Shown piece by piece: positions 19,342 to 30,200 of a stretch of DNA of 64,000 nt. The notes below the pieces were generated by a model. It saw only the letters and a program-made list of their open reading frames with translations. It was not told the DNA's origin and made no database searches. The position numbers were made by a program, and so were the translations under genes. The DNA is from Acidimicrobiia bacterium (GTDB lineage Bacteria > Actinomycetota > Acidimicrobiia > Spongiisociales > Spongiisociaceae), in NCBI GenBank assembly GCA_041576165.1, contig JBFGLM010000009.1, positions 32,001 to 96,000 on the forward strand, in the 5' to 3' direction. How positions within the stretch are numbered: position 1 is the first letter of the stretch; every line of letters begins with the position of its first letter.

Positions 19342-20925
19342 ATGCGTCCCGTTGTTGTTGTCGCAGAGCAGATCGCCGAAGCGGGCCTCGACGCGCTGGA
19401 GGCGGTGGCCGACGTTCGGGTCGGGGTCGGGCTCGGCCGCGAAGAACTTCGGGGCCTGCTGGCCGACGCCGATGGATTGGTGGTCCGCTCGGGAACCCAG
19501 GTCGATCACGACTTGCTGGGCGCAGCACCCCGGCTGCGGGTTGTTGGCCGGGCCGGGGTAGGGGTGGACAACATCGACCTGGAGGCCGCCACGGCCGCCG
19601 GCGTGCTGGTTGTCAACGCCCCCCAGGCCAACATCGTGTCCGCAGCCGAGCACACCATGGCGCTGCTCCTGGCCCAGGCCCGCCACATCCCGGCGGCGGA
19701 CGCTTCCATGCGAGCGGGCCGATGGGACCGCAAGGTATATGTAGGTGTCGAGCTGACAGGCAAGACCCTCGGCGTGCTCGGGCTCGGCCGGATCGGCACA
19801 CTCGTGTCGCAGCGGGCGTCGGCGTTCGGAATGCGAATTGTGGCGTACGACCCGTACGTGACCGCCCAGCGGGCGCGTCAGCTGGGTGTGGAGCTCGTCG
19901 AGACGCCCAATGAGCTGTTTGCCGCATCCGATTTCATCACCGTTCATCTGCCCAGGACCACCGAAACCGAGGGTCTGGTCGGAGCTGATGCCTTCGCCAA
20001 GATGAAGGACGGTGTGCGAATCGTGAACGCCTCCCGGGGAGGGATCGTCGACGAAACTGCGCTGGTCGACGCGATTCAAACGGGGAAGGTCGGGGGTGCG
20101 GCGATCGACGTGTTCGCTGAGGAGCCCCCGAGCGGCAGCCTCCTTCTTTCGCTGCCCGAGGTGGTGCTGACCCCGCATCTGGGGGCGTCGACAGTCGAGG
20201 CCCAGCAGCGGGCCGGCGCGAATGTGGCTGAAGCGGTTGCGGCCGCCCTGCGCGGGGAGTTGGTGATGTCAGCCGTCAATGTGGATCTTGGGCCGGAGGT
20301 GGCTGACGACGTGCAGCCCTACTTGCCGTTGGTCGAACACCTGGGTCGGGTGCTGGTGGCGCTGGGCGGCGGAGCTCCGCACGAGACGACGCTCACCGCC
20401 GGCGGCCGGCTGGCAGCGTTCGACACAAAAGCCCTGCACCTAGCCGCCCTGAAGGGAATCCTCGCCGGCATCCGCGAAGAGGCAATTTCGTACGTGAACG
20501 CAGCTGCCGTGGCGGCCGAGCACGGCATCATCGTCACCGGCCAGACCGATGAGGAAGCCGCCGAGTATGTGTCGACGGTACGACTCAGCGGAACAGCGGG
20601 CGGCAAGGAGATCTCGGTGGCGGGCACAGTCGGGCGGCGGGGACCAACGCTGATCGAGGTCCGCGGACTGAAGATCGAGCTTCCCGCCCACCAGCATCTC
20701 TTGCTGATCCGCAACGTCGACGTGCCGGGAGTGATCGGGCGGATCGGCACCTACATCGGTGATCTGGGAGTGAACATCCAAGACATGGTCGTCGGCCGTT
20801 CTGAGGTGACCGGGGAGGCGGCCATGATGGGGATCGGAATCAACCGGCGGATGACGCCGGACGAGGTGGCCGGGTTGCGGGCACTGGATGGGGTCACCGG
20901 CGCGGAGTATGTGGGCCTGGAATAG
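19342..20925 (+). CDS. serA: D-3-phosphoglycerate dehydrogenase with ACT domain
   Basis: VGRAGVGVDNID, SAAEHTMALLLA, GLGRIG, NASRGGIVDE, TPHLGASTVEAQ, DVPGVIG; AGGAG RBS. Confidence 0.95.
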   Translation: MRPVVVVAEQIAEAGLDALEAVADVRVGVGLGREELRGLLADADGLVVRSGTQVDHDLLGAAPRLRVVGRAGVGVDNIDLEAATAAGVLVVNAPQANIVSAAEHTMALLLAQARHIPAADASMRAGRWDRKVYVGVELTGKTLGVLGLGRIGTLVSQRASAFGMRIVAYDPYVTAQRARQLGVELVETPNELFAASDFITVHLPRTTETEGLVGADAFAKMKDGVRIVNASRGGIVDETALVDAIQTGKVGGAAIDVFAEEPPSGSLLLSLPEVVLTPHLGASTVEAQQRAGANVAEAVAAALRGELVMSAVNVDLGPEVADDVQPYLPLVEHLGRVLVALGGGAPHETTLTAGGRLAAFDTKALHLAALKGILAGIREEAISYVNAAAVAAEHGIIVTGQTDEEAAEYVSTVRLSGTAGGKEISVAGTVGRRGPTLIEVRGLKIELPAHQHLLLIRNVDVPGVIGRIGTYIGDLGVNIQDMVVGRSEVTGEAAMMGIGINRRMTPDEVAGLRALDGVTGAEYVGLE

Positions 20926-20939
20926 ACCGGTCGGCCGGG

Positions 20940-21392
20940 TCATCCCAGGAACCATTGCAGCAGCCAACCCAGCGCCAACCCCCAGCCGCCGGCGACCAGA
21001 TCGTCGGCGGTGACACCAACGGCGCCGCCCAACCGCTCGGCGGCTGCAACTCCCGGCGCCGTCTTGGTGATGTCGGCGACCCGAAACACCACGAACGCCA
21101 GTGCCGCCCCGGCAGGCCCGAGACCGATGGTGGCCAGCAGTGTCCCGGCTGCCTCGTCCACCACCACCCAGCCCGGATCCCCCTCAGCGGCTGCGAAAGG
21201 ACGGGTCGACCACAGCGACGCGATGGTGACGGCGACAGCGGCGGCCGCCTGGGCCCACCAGCCAACCTGTGCCAGACCCCAGACGAGCAGCAGCGTGGCA
21301 GCGGCGGCCAGGGTTCCGGAGCCCCCGTCGTCGCCGCGAATTCGACGCAGGATCAGACCGGTTCCGAACCAAGATGCGATCACCCGTTGCAC
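20940..21392 (-). CDS. pgpA: phosphatidylglycerophosphatase A
   Basis: ASWFGTG, GSGT, DPGWVVVDEAAG, FRVADITK, GVTADDLVAG; start set at GTG 21392. Confidence 0.85.
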   Translation of the reverse strand: MQRVIASWFGTGLILRRIRGDDGGSGTLAAAATLLLVWGLAQVGWWAQAAAAVAVTIASLWSTRPFAAAEGDPGWVVVDEAAGTLLATIGLGPAGAALAFVVFRVADITKTAPGVAAAERLGGAVGVTADDLVAGGWGLALGWLLQWFLG

Positions 21393-21473
21393 GCGTCCGA
21401 AGTTAGAGGATCCCGGTAGCAGTCGCCCGGCGGCAGCGTATCCGCGATCTTTGGCGGTAGCCTGCGCGGTGAT

Positions 21474-23396
21474 ATGCGTCCCCAGGATCTCAGCCGGTTC
21501 CGCACCGTGGCCCGGCCCCACCTCCACCCCGACGGCCACCGGGTCTGTTTCGACGTCGCCCAGATCGACCTCGATGAGGACCGATATCTGCGCCGCGTGT
21601 GGTTGTGGGATGGCGAAGCCCGCCCGTTCACAGCCGGCCCGGGCGACTCGAATGCCAGGTGGTCGCCCGGTGGGAGCCGGCTCGCGTTTCTCCGCCAGCC
21701 GGGCAAGGACCCGGCTCAGCTGGCGGTGATGCCGGCCGAGGGCGGCGAGGCGGAAATCATCACCGACTTCTCGCTCGGCGTGAATGGCTTTGAATGGTCG
21801 CCCGGCTCGGACCGCATCGCGGTCGAAGCGACAACTTGGCTCTCCGACTGGGCCGAGCTCGATGACGAGGAGCGGGCGCGCAAGCCGCGCAGGGTCGAGC
21901 ACGCTGTCTACCGGTTCGACAACCAGGGGTGGCGCCACGACCGGCGAACCCAGGTGTGGCTGGTGGATCCCTCCGGAGGCGCCGAGCCGGAACGGCTCAC
22001 CGACGGTGAGGCTGACGAAATCGCCCCGGTGTGGAGCCCCGACGGGACCCGGGTGGCGCTGCTCACCGTGCTCGACGACCCCAAACGGATGGCCCCCGGC
22101 ACCGACATCCTCGAGGTCGAGCGGGCCAGCGGTGCGGTCACGATCCGGCACCGCCAGGGCGGCTGGTCGGCGCTGGCGTACCGCCCCGACGACACGTTGC
22201 TGGCGGTAGGCGACGTCGACCCGATGGCGTATCCGAGCCTGTCGACCCTGTGGTCCATCGAGGCCGACGAGCCCCGCGACCGGACCGGCCACCTCGATCG
22301 TTCGATCTGGAGCTTTCTCCTGCCCCCGGAGATGGCTCGACCGGTGTGGCTCGAGGACGGCTACCTCGTCGGCTGGGAGGACAGCGGCCGCCTAGGCGTT
22401 GTCCGCATGGACGCGGCTGGTGGCTGCGAGCCGGTGATCGAGGGCGATCGCTACGTCACGGGCTTCGCCGCCGCCGAAGACGGCTCCCGGATCGTTTTCA
22501 CAGCCACCGACCCGACCAACCCGGGTGAGCTCTATGAGCTGACGGCGGAGGGGGAGCGTCCGCTGACCACCATGAACGACGAGTTCCGGGGCTCGGTACC
22601 CATGTACCGCCCGCACCATTTGCGGGTGACGTCGGACGGCGTCGACATCGACGTGTGGGTGGTGCTGCCGGACGGTGCGGAATCCGTCCCGGTCTTGCTC
22701 AACATTCATGGTGGGCCCGCCAGCCAATACGGCTTCTCGTTCTTCGACGAGTTCCAGGTGTATGCCGGGGCCGGTTTCGGGGTAGTGGCATGCAACCCCC
22801 GGGGCTCGTCCGGCCGCGGGTTGAAGTTCCTGCGAGCCGTGGTGGGGGAGGGGTGGGGTGAGGTCGATGTGGCCGACGTCGCCGCCGCACTGGAGGGAGC
22901 GCTGGCCGCCCATCCCCGGCTGGATGCAGCCCGGGTTGGGATCATGGGTGGTTCATACGGCGGATTCCTCACCGCGTGGATGACGGGTCGCGACCATGGT
23001 TTCGCATCGGCGGTGGTCGAACGGGCCTTGATCAACTGGGAGTCGTTCGCCGGGACGTCCGATATTGCACCCCATTTCTCGGCCTGGTATCTGGGGGCAG
23101 TTCCCCCAGGAGGGCGGGACGTGCTGGGCGCGGTCAGCCCGTCCACGTATGCCGACCGCATCACCACCCCGACGCTCATCATCCATTCCGAGGAAGACTT
23201 CCGCTGCCCCATCGAGCAAGCCGAGCAGCTGTTCATGACGCTGCTGCGCAACGGCGTCGACGTGTCGTTGTTACGTTTTCCAGGCGAGAGCCACGAGCTC
23301 AGCCGCTCCGGCAAGCCGCGCCACCGGGTCGAGCGTTTCGACGCGATCCTGGATTGGCACCGCCGCTATCTGGGGCCGGGGCCCGAATCCAGTTAG
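21474..23396 (+). CDS. S9 family peptidase (acylaminoacyl/dipeptidyl type)
   Basis: Beta-propeller WSPG/WSPDG repeats; IHGGP; GGSYGG; HSEEDFRCP; FPGESHELSRSG. Confidence 0.93.
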   Translation: MRPQDLSRFRTVARPHLHPDGHRVCFDVAQIDLDEDRYLRRVWLWDGEARPFTAGPGDSNARWSPGGSRLAFLRQPGKDPAQLAVMPAEGGEAEIITDFSLGVNGFEWSPGSDRIAVEATTWLSDWAELDDEERARKPRRVEHAVYRFDNQGWRHDRRTQVWLVDPSGGAEPERLTDGEADEIAPVWSPDGTRVALLTVLDDPKRMAPGTDILEVERASGAVTIRHRQGGWSALAYRPDDTLLAVGDVDPMAYPSLSTLWSIEADEPRDRTGHLDRSIWSFLLPPEMARPVWLEDGYLVGWEDSGRLGVVRMDAAGGCEPVIEGDRYVTGFAAAEDGSRIVFTATDPTNPGELYELTAEGERPLTTMNDEFRGSVPMYRPHHLRVTSDGVDIDVWVVLPDGAESVPVLLNIHGGPASQYGFSFFDEFQVYAGAGFGVVACNPRGSSGRGLKFLRAVVGEGWGEVDVADVAAALEGALAAHPRLDAARVGIMGGSYGGFLTAWMTGRDHGFASAVVERALINWESFAGTSDIAPHFSAWYLGAVPPGGRDVLGAVSPSTYADRITTPTLIIHSEEDFRCPIEQAEQLFMTLLRNGVDVSLLRFPGESHELSRSGKPRHRVERFDAILDWHRRYLGPGPESS

Positions 23397-23461
23397 CGGC
23401 ACGCGAATTGTCAGAAGGTTGAAACGACGGCAAACTCGACGCGTCGCCGCGGAGGACCGCC

Positions 23462-24001
23462 ATCGGTCAGCAACCCAATATCGAACTCGACGGGTCCGAT
23501 CTTCCCCGCATCGAGCCCGAACGGGCCGCGGAGCGCCGCTGGTCGCCGAACCGTCCCGGCGAGATCACGGCTCCCTCGGACATGCCCCAGAGCCCAGCCT
23601 TCGGCCGCCCGGGCCCGGACACCGGCTGGGCGCTGCGGCTGCTGCGGTTTGCGGACTATGACCGGATGGCAGCCGGTCCCCACGCCGACGATGTGTTGGT
23701 GGCGCTCATGTCGGCCCGGGCGTCCCGGCTGGGACGAGCTCCGACCAAGGAAGACGTGGAGGCGGCGCTCGTTCTTCTGGGCCTGCAACCCGATGGCCTC
23801 GAAGCCGAGACACTTCGAGTGCTCGCCGATCACCGGGCGGCATGGCTCCACGCCGCCGCTCATGAGTGGTCAAAGGGAACGGCGGCCCTCGAAGCCATCC
23901 CGACCGCGCTCCTGCTGGAGACGCCCATCCATCTGCGGACTCGCCTCAACCAGAACCCGCGCCTGATCGGGTCCGGCCCGCTGGAAGGCCACCCGGTCTA
24001 G
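23462..24001 (+). CDS. conserved actinobacterial hypothetical protein; start ATC 23462 (or ATG 23582)
   Basis: FGRPGPDTGWALRL and RASRLGRAP motifs; open frame extends to an ATC downstream of GGAGGA. Confidence 0.65.
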   Translation: MGQQPNIELDGSDLPRIEPERAAERRWSPNRPGEITAPSDMPQSPAFGRPGPDTGWALRLLRFADYDRMAAGPHADDVLVALMSARASRLGRAPTKEDVEAALVLLGLQPDGLEAETLRVLADHRAAWLHAAAHEWSKGTAALEAIPTALLLETPIHLRTRLNQNPRLIGSGPLEGHPV

Positions 24002-24086
24002 CCTGCCGCGTGGCTCGGCCGTAATCTCCGAGCCAAGGGCGTCCGAAGCTGGGCGCATGTCGACCACGAGCGTCGGATGGGTTGGG

Positions 24087-24848
24087 ATGAAGATCGTACG
24101 AGTACAGACCGAAGAAGGAATTCGCTACGGAGGAGTAGAGGAGGAGGGGATTCGCTTGCACGAGGGGACCCCTCTCGTCGCGTGGGAGCCCACCGAGGTG
24201 ATCCTCGAGTTCGGTCACGTTCAACTCCTCGCCCCGATCTTTCCGACCAAGGTGGTGGCGCTCGGCCGTAACTACGAAGACCACGCGGCCGAGTTCAACA
24301 ATCCAGTTCCGGAGCGCCCGATGATCTTCATCAAACCCAATACGACGGTGATCGGACCCGACGCCCCGATCGTCATCCCGCCCGGATCGACCAACGTCCA
24401 CTACGAAGGTGAGCTAGCGGTCGTCATCGGGACTCTGGCGAAACGGGTGGCGGCGGAGGACGTTCACAGCGTCATTCTCGGCTACACCATCGGCAACGAC
24501 GTCACGGAACGGGACCATCAACAGCAGGACGGTCAGTTCACCCGCGGGAAAGGCTATGACACCTTTTGCCCGCTGGGGCCGGCCATCGAAACCGAGTTCG
24601 ATCCGCTCGAGCCCGTGTTCGTCGAGACCCGGCTCAACGGCGAATTGAAACAGAGCGCCTCGATTCAGGACATGGTGTTCGGTGTGGCCGAACAGATCGA
24701 GTTCATCTCGAACATCATGACGTTGCTGCCCGGCGATGTGATCCTCACCGGCACCCCGTCAGGCGTCGGCCCGATGAAGCCGGGCGACGAAGTTGAAGTG
24801 TCGATCGACGGGATCGGGAGCCTCCGCAATCCCGTGGTGGCTACGTGA
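24087..24848 (+). CDS. fumarylacetoacetate hydrolase family protein
   Basis: GRNYEDHAAE, FIKP, HYEGELAVVIG, GNDVTERD, KGYDTFCPLGP, GDVILTGTPSGVG; usual position before gltX. Confidence 0.93.
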   Translation: MKIVRVQTEEGIRYGGVEEEGIRLHEGTPLVAWEPTEVILEFGHVQLLAPIFPTKVVALGRNYEDHAAEFNNPVPERPMIFIKPNTTVIGPDAPIVIPPGSTNVHYEGELAVVIGTLAKRVAAEDVHSVILGYTIGNDVTERDHQQQDGQFTRGKGYDTFCPLGPAIETEFDPLEPVFVETRLNGELKQSASIQDMVFGVAEQIEFISNIMTLLPGDVILTGTPSGVGPMKPGDEVEVSIDGIGSLRNPVVAT

Positions 24849-26311
24849 GCGTGCGACTGCGCATCGCGCCATCGCCGACCGGACTGCTCCACGTTGGGAA
24901 CGCCCGCTCGGCCGTCTTCAACTGGCTCTACGCCCGGCGGATGGGCGGCACCTTCATCGTGCGGGTGGACGACACCGACCGGTCGCGCAGCGAGCCGCAG
25001 TATGAGGACGACCTGCTGGCCGGCTTTCGCTGGTTGGGCCTGGACTGGGACGAGGGGGTGGAGGTTGGTGGTCTCCACGGCAGCTACCGGCAGAGTGATC
25101 GGATCGACCGGTACCGGGAGGTGGCCGAGAGCCTGATCGAGCGGGAGCTGGCCTATTACAGCTTCCGGCCCTCCGAGGAGCTGGAGGAGCTGCGGACCCG
25201 GGCACAGAAAGAGGGAAAACCCCCTGGTTTCTACATACGCGGCCCGGAGATGCCACTGGACGAGGCGCAGGAGCGGGTCGCAGCGGGCGAGGCCGCGGTC
25301 GTTCGCATGGCGATCCCCGACGAGCTGGTTGTCTTCGACGATGTTGTGCGGGGCGACATGGAATTCACTCACGCCGCCATCGACGACTTCATCATCCTGC
25401 GCTCCGACGGGTCGCCCACATATCACCTCGCTTCTACGGTGGACGACGTCGACTACGAGATCACCCATGTCGCCCGGGGTGAGGACTTGCTCTCTTCGAC
25501 CCCAAAACACATTGTCCTGACCGACGCGATGGGCGCCACCCGTCCCACGTACGCCCATCTCCCGCTGCTGTTCGGCCCGGACGGCAAGAAGCTGTCGAAG
25601 CGTCACGGCGACACGTCGGTGCGGGCCTACCGGGAACAGGGGATCCTGGCGGACGCGATGTTCAACTACATGAGCCTGCTGGGCTGGTCACTCGATCCCG
25701 AGAACGAGGTTTTCAGCCGGGAGGACGCGGTTGCGGCGTTCGACCTGGCCGATGTATCGAAGAGCCCGGCCGTGTTCGATCCGAAAAAGCTTCAATGGAT
25801 GAACGGGCTGTACATTCGCAAGATGGCCGCGGCCGACTTCCAAGTGCGAGCCACCGCCGCATTGGAGGAGGATGTGGGCCGCGACCTGACCGCCGACGAG
25901 CGGGCCCAGCTGGCCGAGGTGGCGCCGCTCGCGCAGGAGCGGGTGGCGCTGCTCACCGAGATCGCCGACAGCGTGCGCTACCTGTTCGTCGACGACATCG
26001 AGACCGACGAGGCGGCCTGGGGAAAGACTATGAAAACGGACGCACCGCGGGCAGTGGCGGCCGCCATTGCGGCCTTGGAGGCGCTCAAAGAGTGGTCGAC
26101 GCCCGGGATCGAAGCGGCCTTGAAGGCCATGCTGGACACCGAGGAGCTGAACCCGCGCAAGGGCCTTCAGCCGTTGCGAGTTGCGATCTCGGGGTCGAAC
26201 GTGTCGCTGCCCCTCTACGAGTCGATGCACGCCTTGGGCCGGGACCGCACGCTACAGCGGCTGCGGGCAGCGGGGGAGCGCCTGGCCAGCGAGGGCGCCG
26301 CCCGCGAGTGA
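24845..26311 (+). CDS. gltX: glutamate--tRNA ligase
   Basis: RIAPSPTGLLHVGN (HIGH), RVDDTD, ITHVARGEDL, KKLSKRHG (KMSKS). Confidence 0.96.
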   Translation: MSVRLRIAPSPTGLLHVGNARSAVFNWLYARRMGGTFIVRVDDTDRSRSEPQYEDDLLAGFRWLGLDWDEGVEVGGLHGSYRQSDRIDRYREVAESLIERELAYYSFRPSEELEELRTRAQKEGKPPGFYIRGPEMPLDEAQERVAAGEAAVVRMAIPDELVVFDDVVRGDMEFTHAAIDDFIILRSDGSPTYHLASTVDDVDYEITHVARGEDLLSSTPKHIVLTDAMGATRPTYAHLPLLFGPDGKKLSKRHGDTSVRAYREQGILADAMFNYMSLLGWSLDPENEVFSREDAVAAFDLADVSKSPAVFDPKKLQWMNGLYIRKMAAADFQVRATAALEEDVGRDLTADERAQLAEVAPLAQERVALLTEIADSVRYLFVDDIETDEAAWGKTMKTDAPRAVAAAIAALEALKEWSTPGIEAALKAMLDTEELNPRKGLQPLRVAISGSNVSLPLYESMHALGRDRTLQRLRAAGERLASEGAARE

Positions 26312-26365
26312 CGTTTGGTCGATGACGTAGTGGGGCGGGCATCGGCCTAAGATCTGTCTGCTTCT

Positions 26366-26438
26366 GGCCCCGTCGTCCAGCGGCCTAGGACGCCGGCCTT
26401 TCAAGCCGGTAACGCGGGTTCGAATCCCGTCGGGGCTG
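26366..26438 (+). tRNA. tRNA-Glu (anticodon UUC), CCA not encoded
   Basis: Acceptor GGCCCCG/CGGGGCT; anticodon arm CCGGC-CTTTCAA-GCCGG; T arm GGGTTCGAATCCC. Confidence 0.96.
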
Positions 26439-26537
26439 CGAGGTTAAAACCCCTGGTCAGCGGGGGTCTCAGCTGGTCTGAGGCTCACCAGCCGCCACGG
26501 TTTGGGCCACGCCTGGGCGACGAACGGATTGCGCGAT

Positions 26538-26830
26538 TGCTGTGCTCCTTCGGTTGATACTGGACGTTGTGGCTCCGGTAGGTGGGTTCCACTTTGTGGA
26601 CGCGGTTCCGGTTGCTGGGCGACGGTGGCTCCGGTTCCTGGGTGACATCTGCTGGTTCCATGCTCCTCGGCTGGTCCGAGGAGGTCGTGTTGGTGGAGCT
26701 GGGTGTTGTGGAGCAGCGGTATCAGGCGGTGTTGAAGGTGTTGGCGGGGGCGTCGGTGACGGGGGTGGCTTGTCGGTATGGGGTTGCTCGTCAGACGGTG
26801 CACACGTGGCTGCGGCGGTATGCCGCCGGT
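26538..26830 (+). mobile_element. IS481-family left end and truncated transposase (N-terminal HTH only)
   Basis: GAGGAGG RBS then LVELGVVEQRYQAVLKVLAGASVTGVACRYGVARQTVHTWLRRYAAG; no integrase core follows. Confidence 0.75.
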
Positions 26831-26832
26831 GA

Positions 26833-27250
26833 GCGAACTCGTGGTGCACCACGTTGTGGCCGCGTTCGGGATGGCGCGCCGCCGCCAGGGCGGCGTCCCA
26901 GGCGACCAGGACCGGCCCGTGGAGGAGGGCCTCACCGGAAAGCGCGGTCGGCGCGTGGCGTTCGATGCCGTCGCCGATGACGTGCCGGCCGCGGCGGATC
27001 ACCGTGGACGGGTAGACGATGATCGCGCCCACGTCCCGGTACCACTCGTGACCGAGCCCCAGCACCAGCAGCGAGGCCTCGGCGGCGATGGTGACCTTCA
27101 CGTCCTCGCAGGCTTCGAACCCGGCGGCGGCCTCGAAGGTCTTCGTGGCCAGGAAGATGCGCACGAGGTCCTCGAGGCGGGATCGCTCGTCGGCGTTCAG
27201 TTCGTTCCACCAGCGCAGCCGGTCGGCAGTGAGGCTGGCTCCATGCACCT
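26833..27250 (-). pseudogene. MtfA/M90-like zinc peptidase fragment
   Basis: FLATKTFE...VTIAAEASLL...IIVYPS...SGEA..HGPVLVAW...GHNVVHHEFAH, then abrupt loss of similarity. Confidence 0.75.
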
Positions 27251-27298
27251 GAACGGCGTGGGTCCTGAGCTTGGATGACCGCGACCCGGAGGGGGTGC

Positions 27299-30200
27299 CT
27301 AGCGTCTGCTGGAGGCCATGTCGAGCACGCCCCCCAGTCCGAGTGTCTCGGCCGTGGCGCGAGCTCGGGAGAGGAGGTCGACGGACCGTGCCGGGTCGCT
27401 TTCGGCGAGAGCTCCTCCGTGTGCCGCTTGCGTCAGCGCTGTGAACGCCGGTGCCTGGAGCCGTTGGTGGATCGCTGCCGCCGCGGTGAAGGTGGCGTCG
27501 GCCGCGGCGGCATCGCCGAGAATCGTGTGCATCAATCCGACGAAGAATTGGCCGGCAGGGAGGGGAGTCCACGGAACCCCGCTCATCAGGTCGCTCACGG
27601 GTTCGAAGGCCGTGATCGCGGCCTCAGCCCACGCTGGATCGCCGAGGTGCCACACGGCCATGGCGCAGGTAGCGAGAGCGATGCTGCCGAGGAATAGCTC
27701 GGGAAGACGAGGCAGGCGGTCAAGGCGCACCCGATGGAGCAGCTCCCGGGCCGCCGACTCGTTGCCGCCAGCGGCCTCCGTCCAAGCCAGCGTGCACCGT
27801 GTCGGCTGGCCTCCGAATCGCTCGTGGAGGGCAGCCACTCGCTGCCGGGATGCTGCGATGTCTCCCTCGAGCCAGTCGATCACCAGCCGTTGCCACATGT
27901 GGGTGCCTAGCGATGAGTCGCCCCAGCCTCCGATTTCTGCGGCCCGGTCCGCTGCCGTCTTTGCCAAGGGCAGGCGGCCCTCGACAATGGCGACGGCCGC
28001 CTCGAGCTGAAAGCCGACGGTTGCGATCCAATCCGGGGTTCGGGGATCGTCGGGCTCGAGGGCTGCGACCACAGCCCGGTAGGCCTCGCCGTCGGCGCGC
28101 CAGTACTGCGGACACGACACGCCAGTGGAGTAGCCTGCGGCCACGGGCACATCGAGGAGTTGAGGTAGCCCGGTGTTTGTGTGGGCGCTCATCTCGGCGA
28201 GTTCTTGCTCGATCCGATCCACCTCTTCGAGAGCTAGTGGGCAGTTGATGGCGATGTGTCGCGTGACCAGCGTGGCCGCCAGGGTTGCCGGGTTGGGCTC
28301 ATCGCGAGCCAGCGCCACGGCTTCTGCGGTCACCCGATCGCGTTCGCCGAGGGGAGCGGTGAAGATCGAGAAAGCGGCCAGGCCGGCCTGGAGCCTCGCC
28401 CGGCTCAGCCGATCGTCGGCGGGACAACGTTCGAGCGCGGCCTGCAGCAGCTGTGGTGCGCGCGGGTCGAAGTTGGCATACCACGGATTACCCGCCCAGC
28501 AGCCGAGGGCCGCCTCGGTGAGCAGGTCGAACTGGTCCTGTTCGATCGCCCCGGCGGCCGCTCCTTCGAACCAGGGGACGCCCGCGGCAGCCCGGCCGGC
28601 GAAGTTGAGCGCGTTGCCGATCTCGAGTGCCAGTTCGGCACGCACAACCGGATCGTCTGCTATCGCGAGTGCGCCCTCGAGCAGCGATACCGCCTGGTCA
28701 GGGCTCCCCTTGGTGACGGCTTCCTTGGCTGCGCTTCGCGTCGCACCGATCGCGTCGGCCTTCCCCACGAGCGGTGTGGCAGCAAGGAGGTGATGCGCGA
28801 CCTCCGCACTCGGGCCACCCCGCTGCTCCAGCGCGGCGGCGAGGTCCCGGTGAATGCGCGTGCGGCGGCTTCGCGACGTGTTGGCGGTGATGACATCGAC
28901 CATGAGGCGATGGGTGAACTGGTAGCGATCGAATCGATTCGGCACCTCGATGAGAAACCGCGCCGCTGCTGCCTCCTCGACGGCGTGGACGGCGTCTCTC
29001 TCTCCGAGGCCCGTGATCTCCGCGATCAAGCCGAGGTCGAACTCCGCACCCGCGACTGCGCCGGTAGTGAGCAGGTCTACGGTGGCGTCACCCAACCGGC
29101 CGACTCTTGACTCCAAGAGGGCCTGAATCGACCGGGGCACGGCTGCGGAGCTCTCGCTGTGATCGCGCGCATAGCGGACAAGTTCGGACACGAAGAAGGG
29201 ATGTCCTGCGGTCTGTTCCCAGAGCGCTTCGGCGTCAACATTTGCCTGGCTGCGGTCGACCAGCAACCGCAAGTCGTCGGCATCGAGGCCACCAACCTCC
29301 AAGACCTGCACCTGGGGGAGTCGTTCCAAGCTCCCCAGCCAGGTGGCGCCCTCGTTTCCTGGTTCACCTGCGCCATCGCGGCACGTGACGAACAACCCCA
29401 CAGCCCCTCCATCGGCTTGGTGCAGCATACGTTCGAGGAGGATCCGTGTAGCCGGATCGGCCCACTGAACGTCGTCGATGAGCAAGGCGGTGGCTTGACG
29501 AGATGCGGCCTCCCGCACGATTCGGTTGAGGCCGGCCAGCAGTCGCCAGCGCTCGGTTTCCGCGTCGGGATCGGGCGTCCCCACGCTGACCCCGGCGTGC
29601 GCCGCGAACGCCGGGAAGTGGCGGCCAACCTCGTCGAGATAGGGGCCGGCGTCCGCTTTCACGGTCGCAGCATCCTGGTTCCGGAGGTACATATCGACAG
29701 CGCCCTGAAACGGAAGCAACGGCGCGGTCATTCCCTCCTCGCATCGGCCGCTGAGCACGAGCCCGCCGGCGGCCCGAATCTCCCGAGCCGTCTCGACGAG
29801 AAGCCGAGTCTTGCCCACCCCGGCCTGGCCCACCAGGAACACAGCAACGCACGCGCCCGCGGTAACTTCCATCCAGATGTCGTGGAGCACCTTCAGCTCT
29901 CGGACGCGACCAACGAAGGGGAACTCTTCGTCAACCAGAATCCCGACCCCCGCAGGGGCTGGGATGGGAGTCTCCGACCAATCGAGAGCCCAGCACCGAA
30001 CGCTCCCGAGCCCTTTGAGCTCGATGTCACCGCGATCGATCAGTGGGAATCCCTCCCACGAGCCGGCGAGCGTCCGGACGACGTCAGAGACGAGGATCTC
30101 GTCATCGGCCGCAGCCGCGCACAGACGGGCCGCTTCAACCACCGGGGTGCCGAACACATCCCCCCCAACCTGGGATACGTCGCCCGCGCTGAGACCTACG

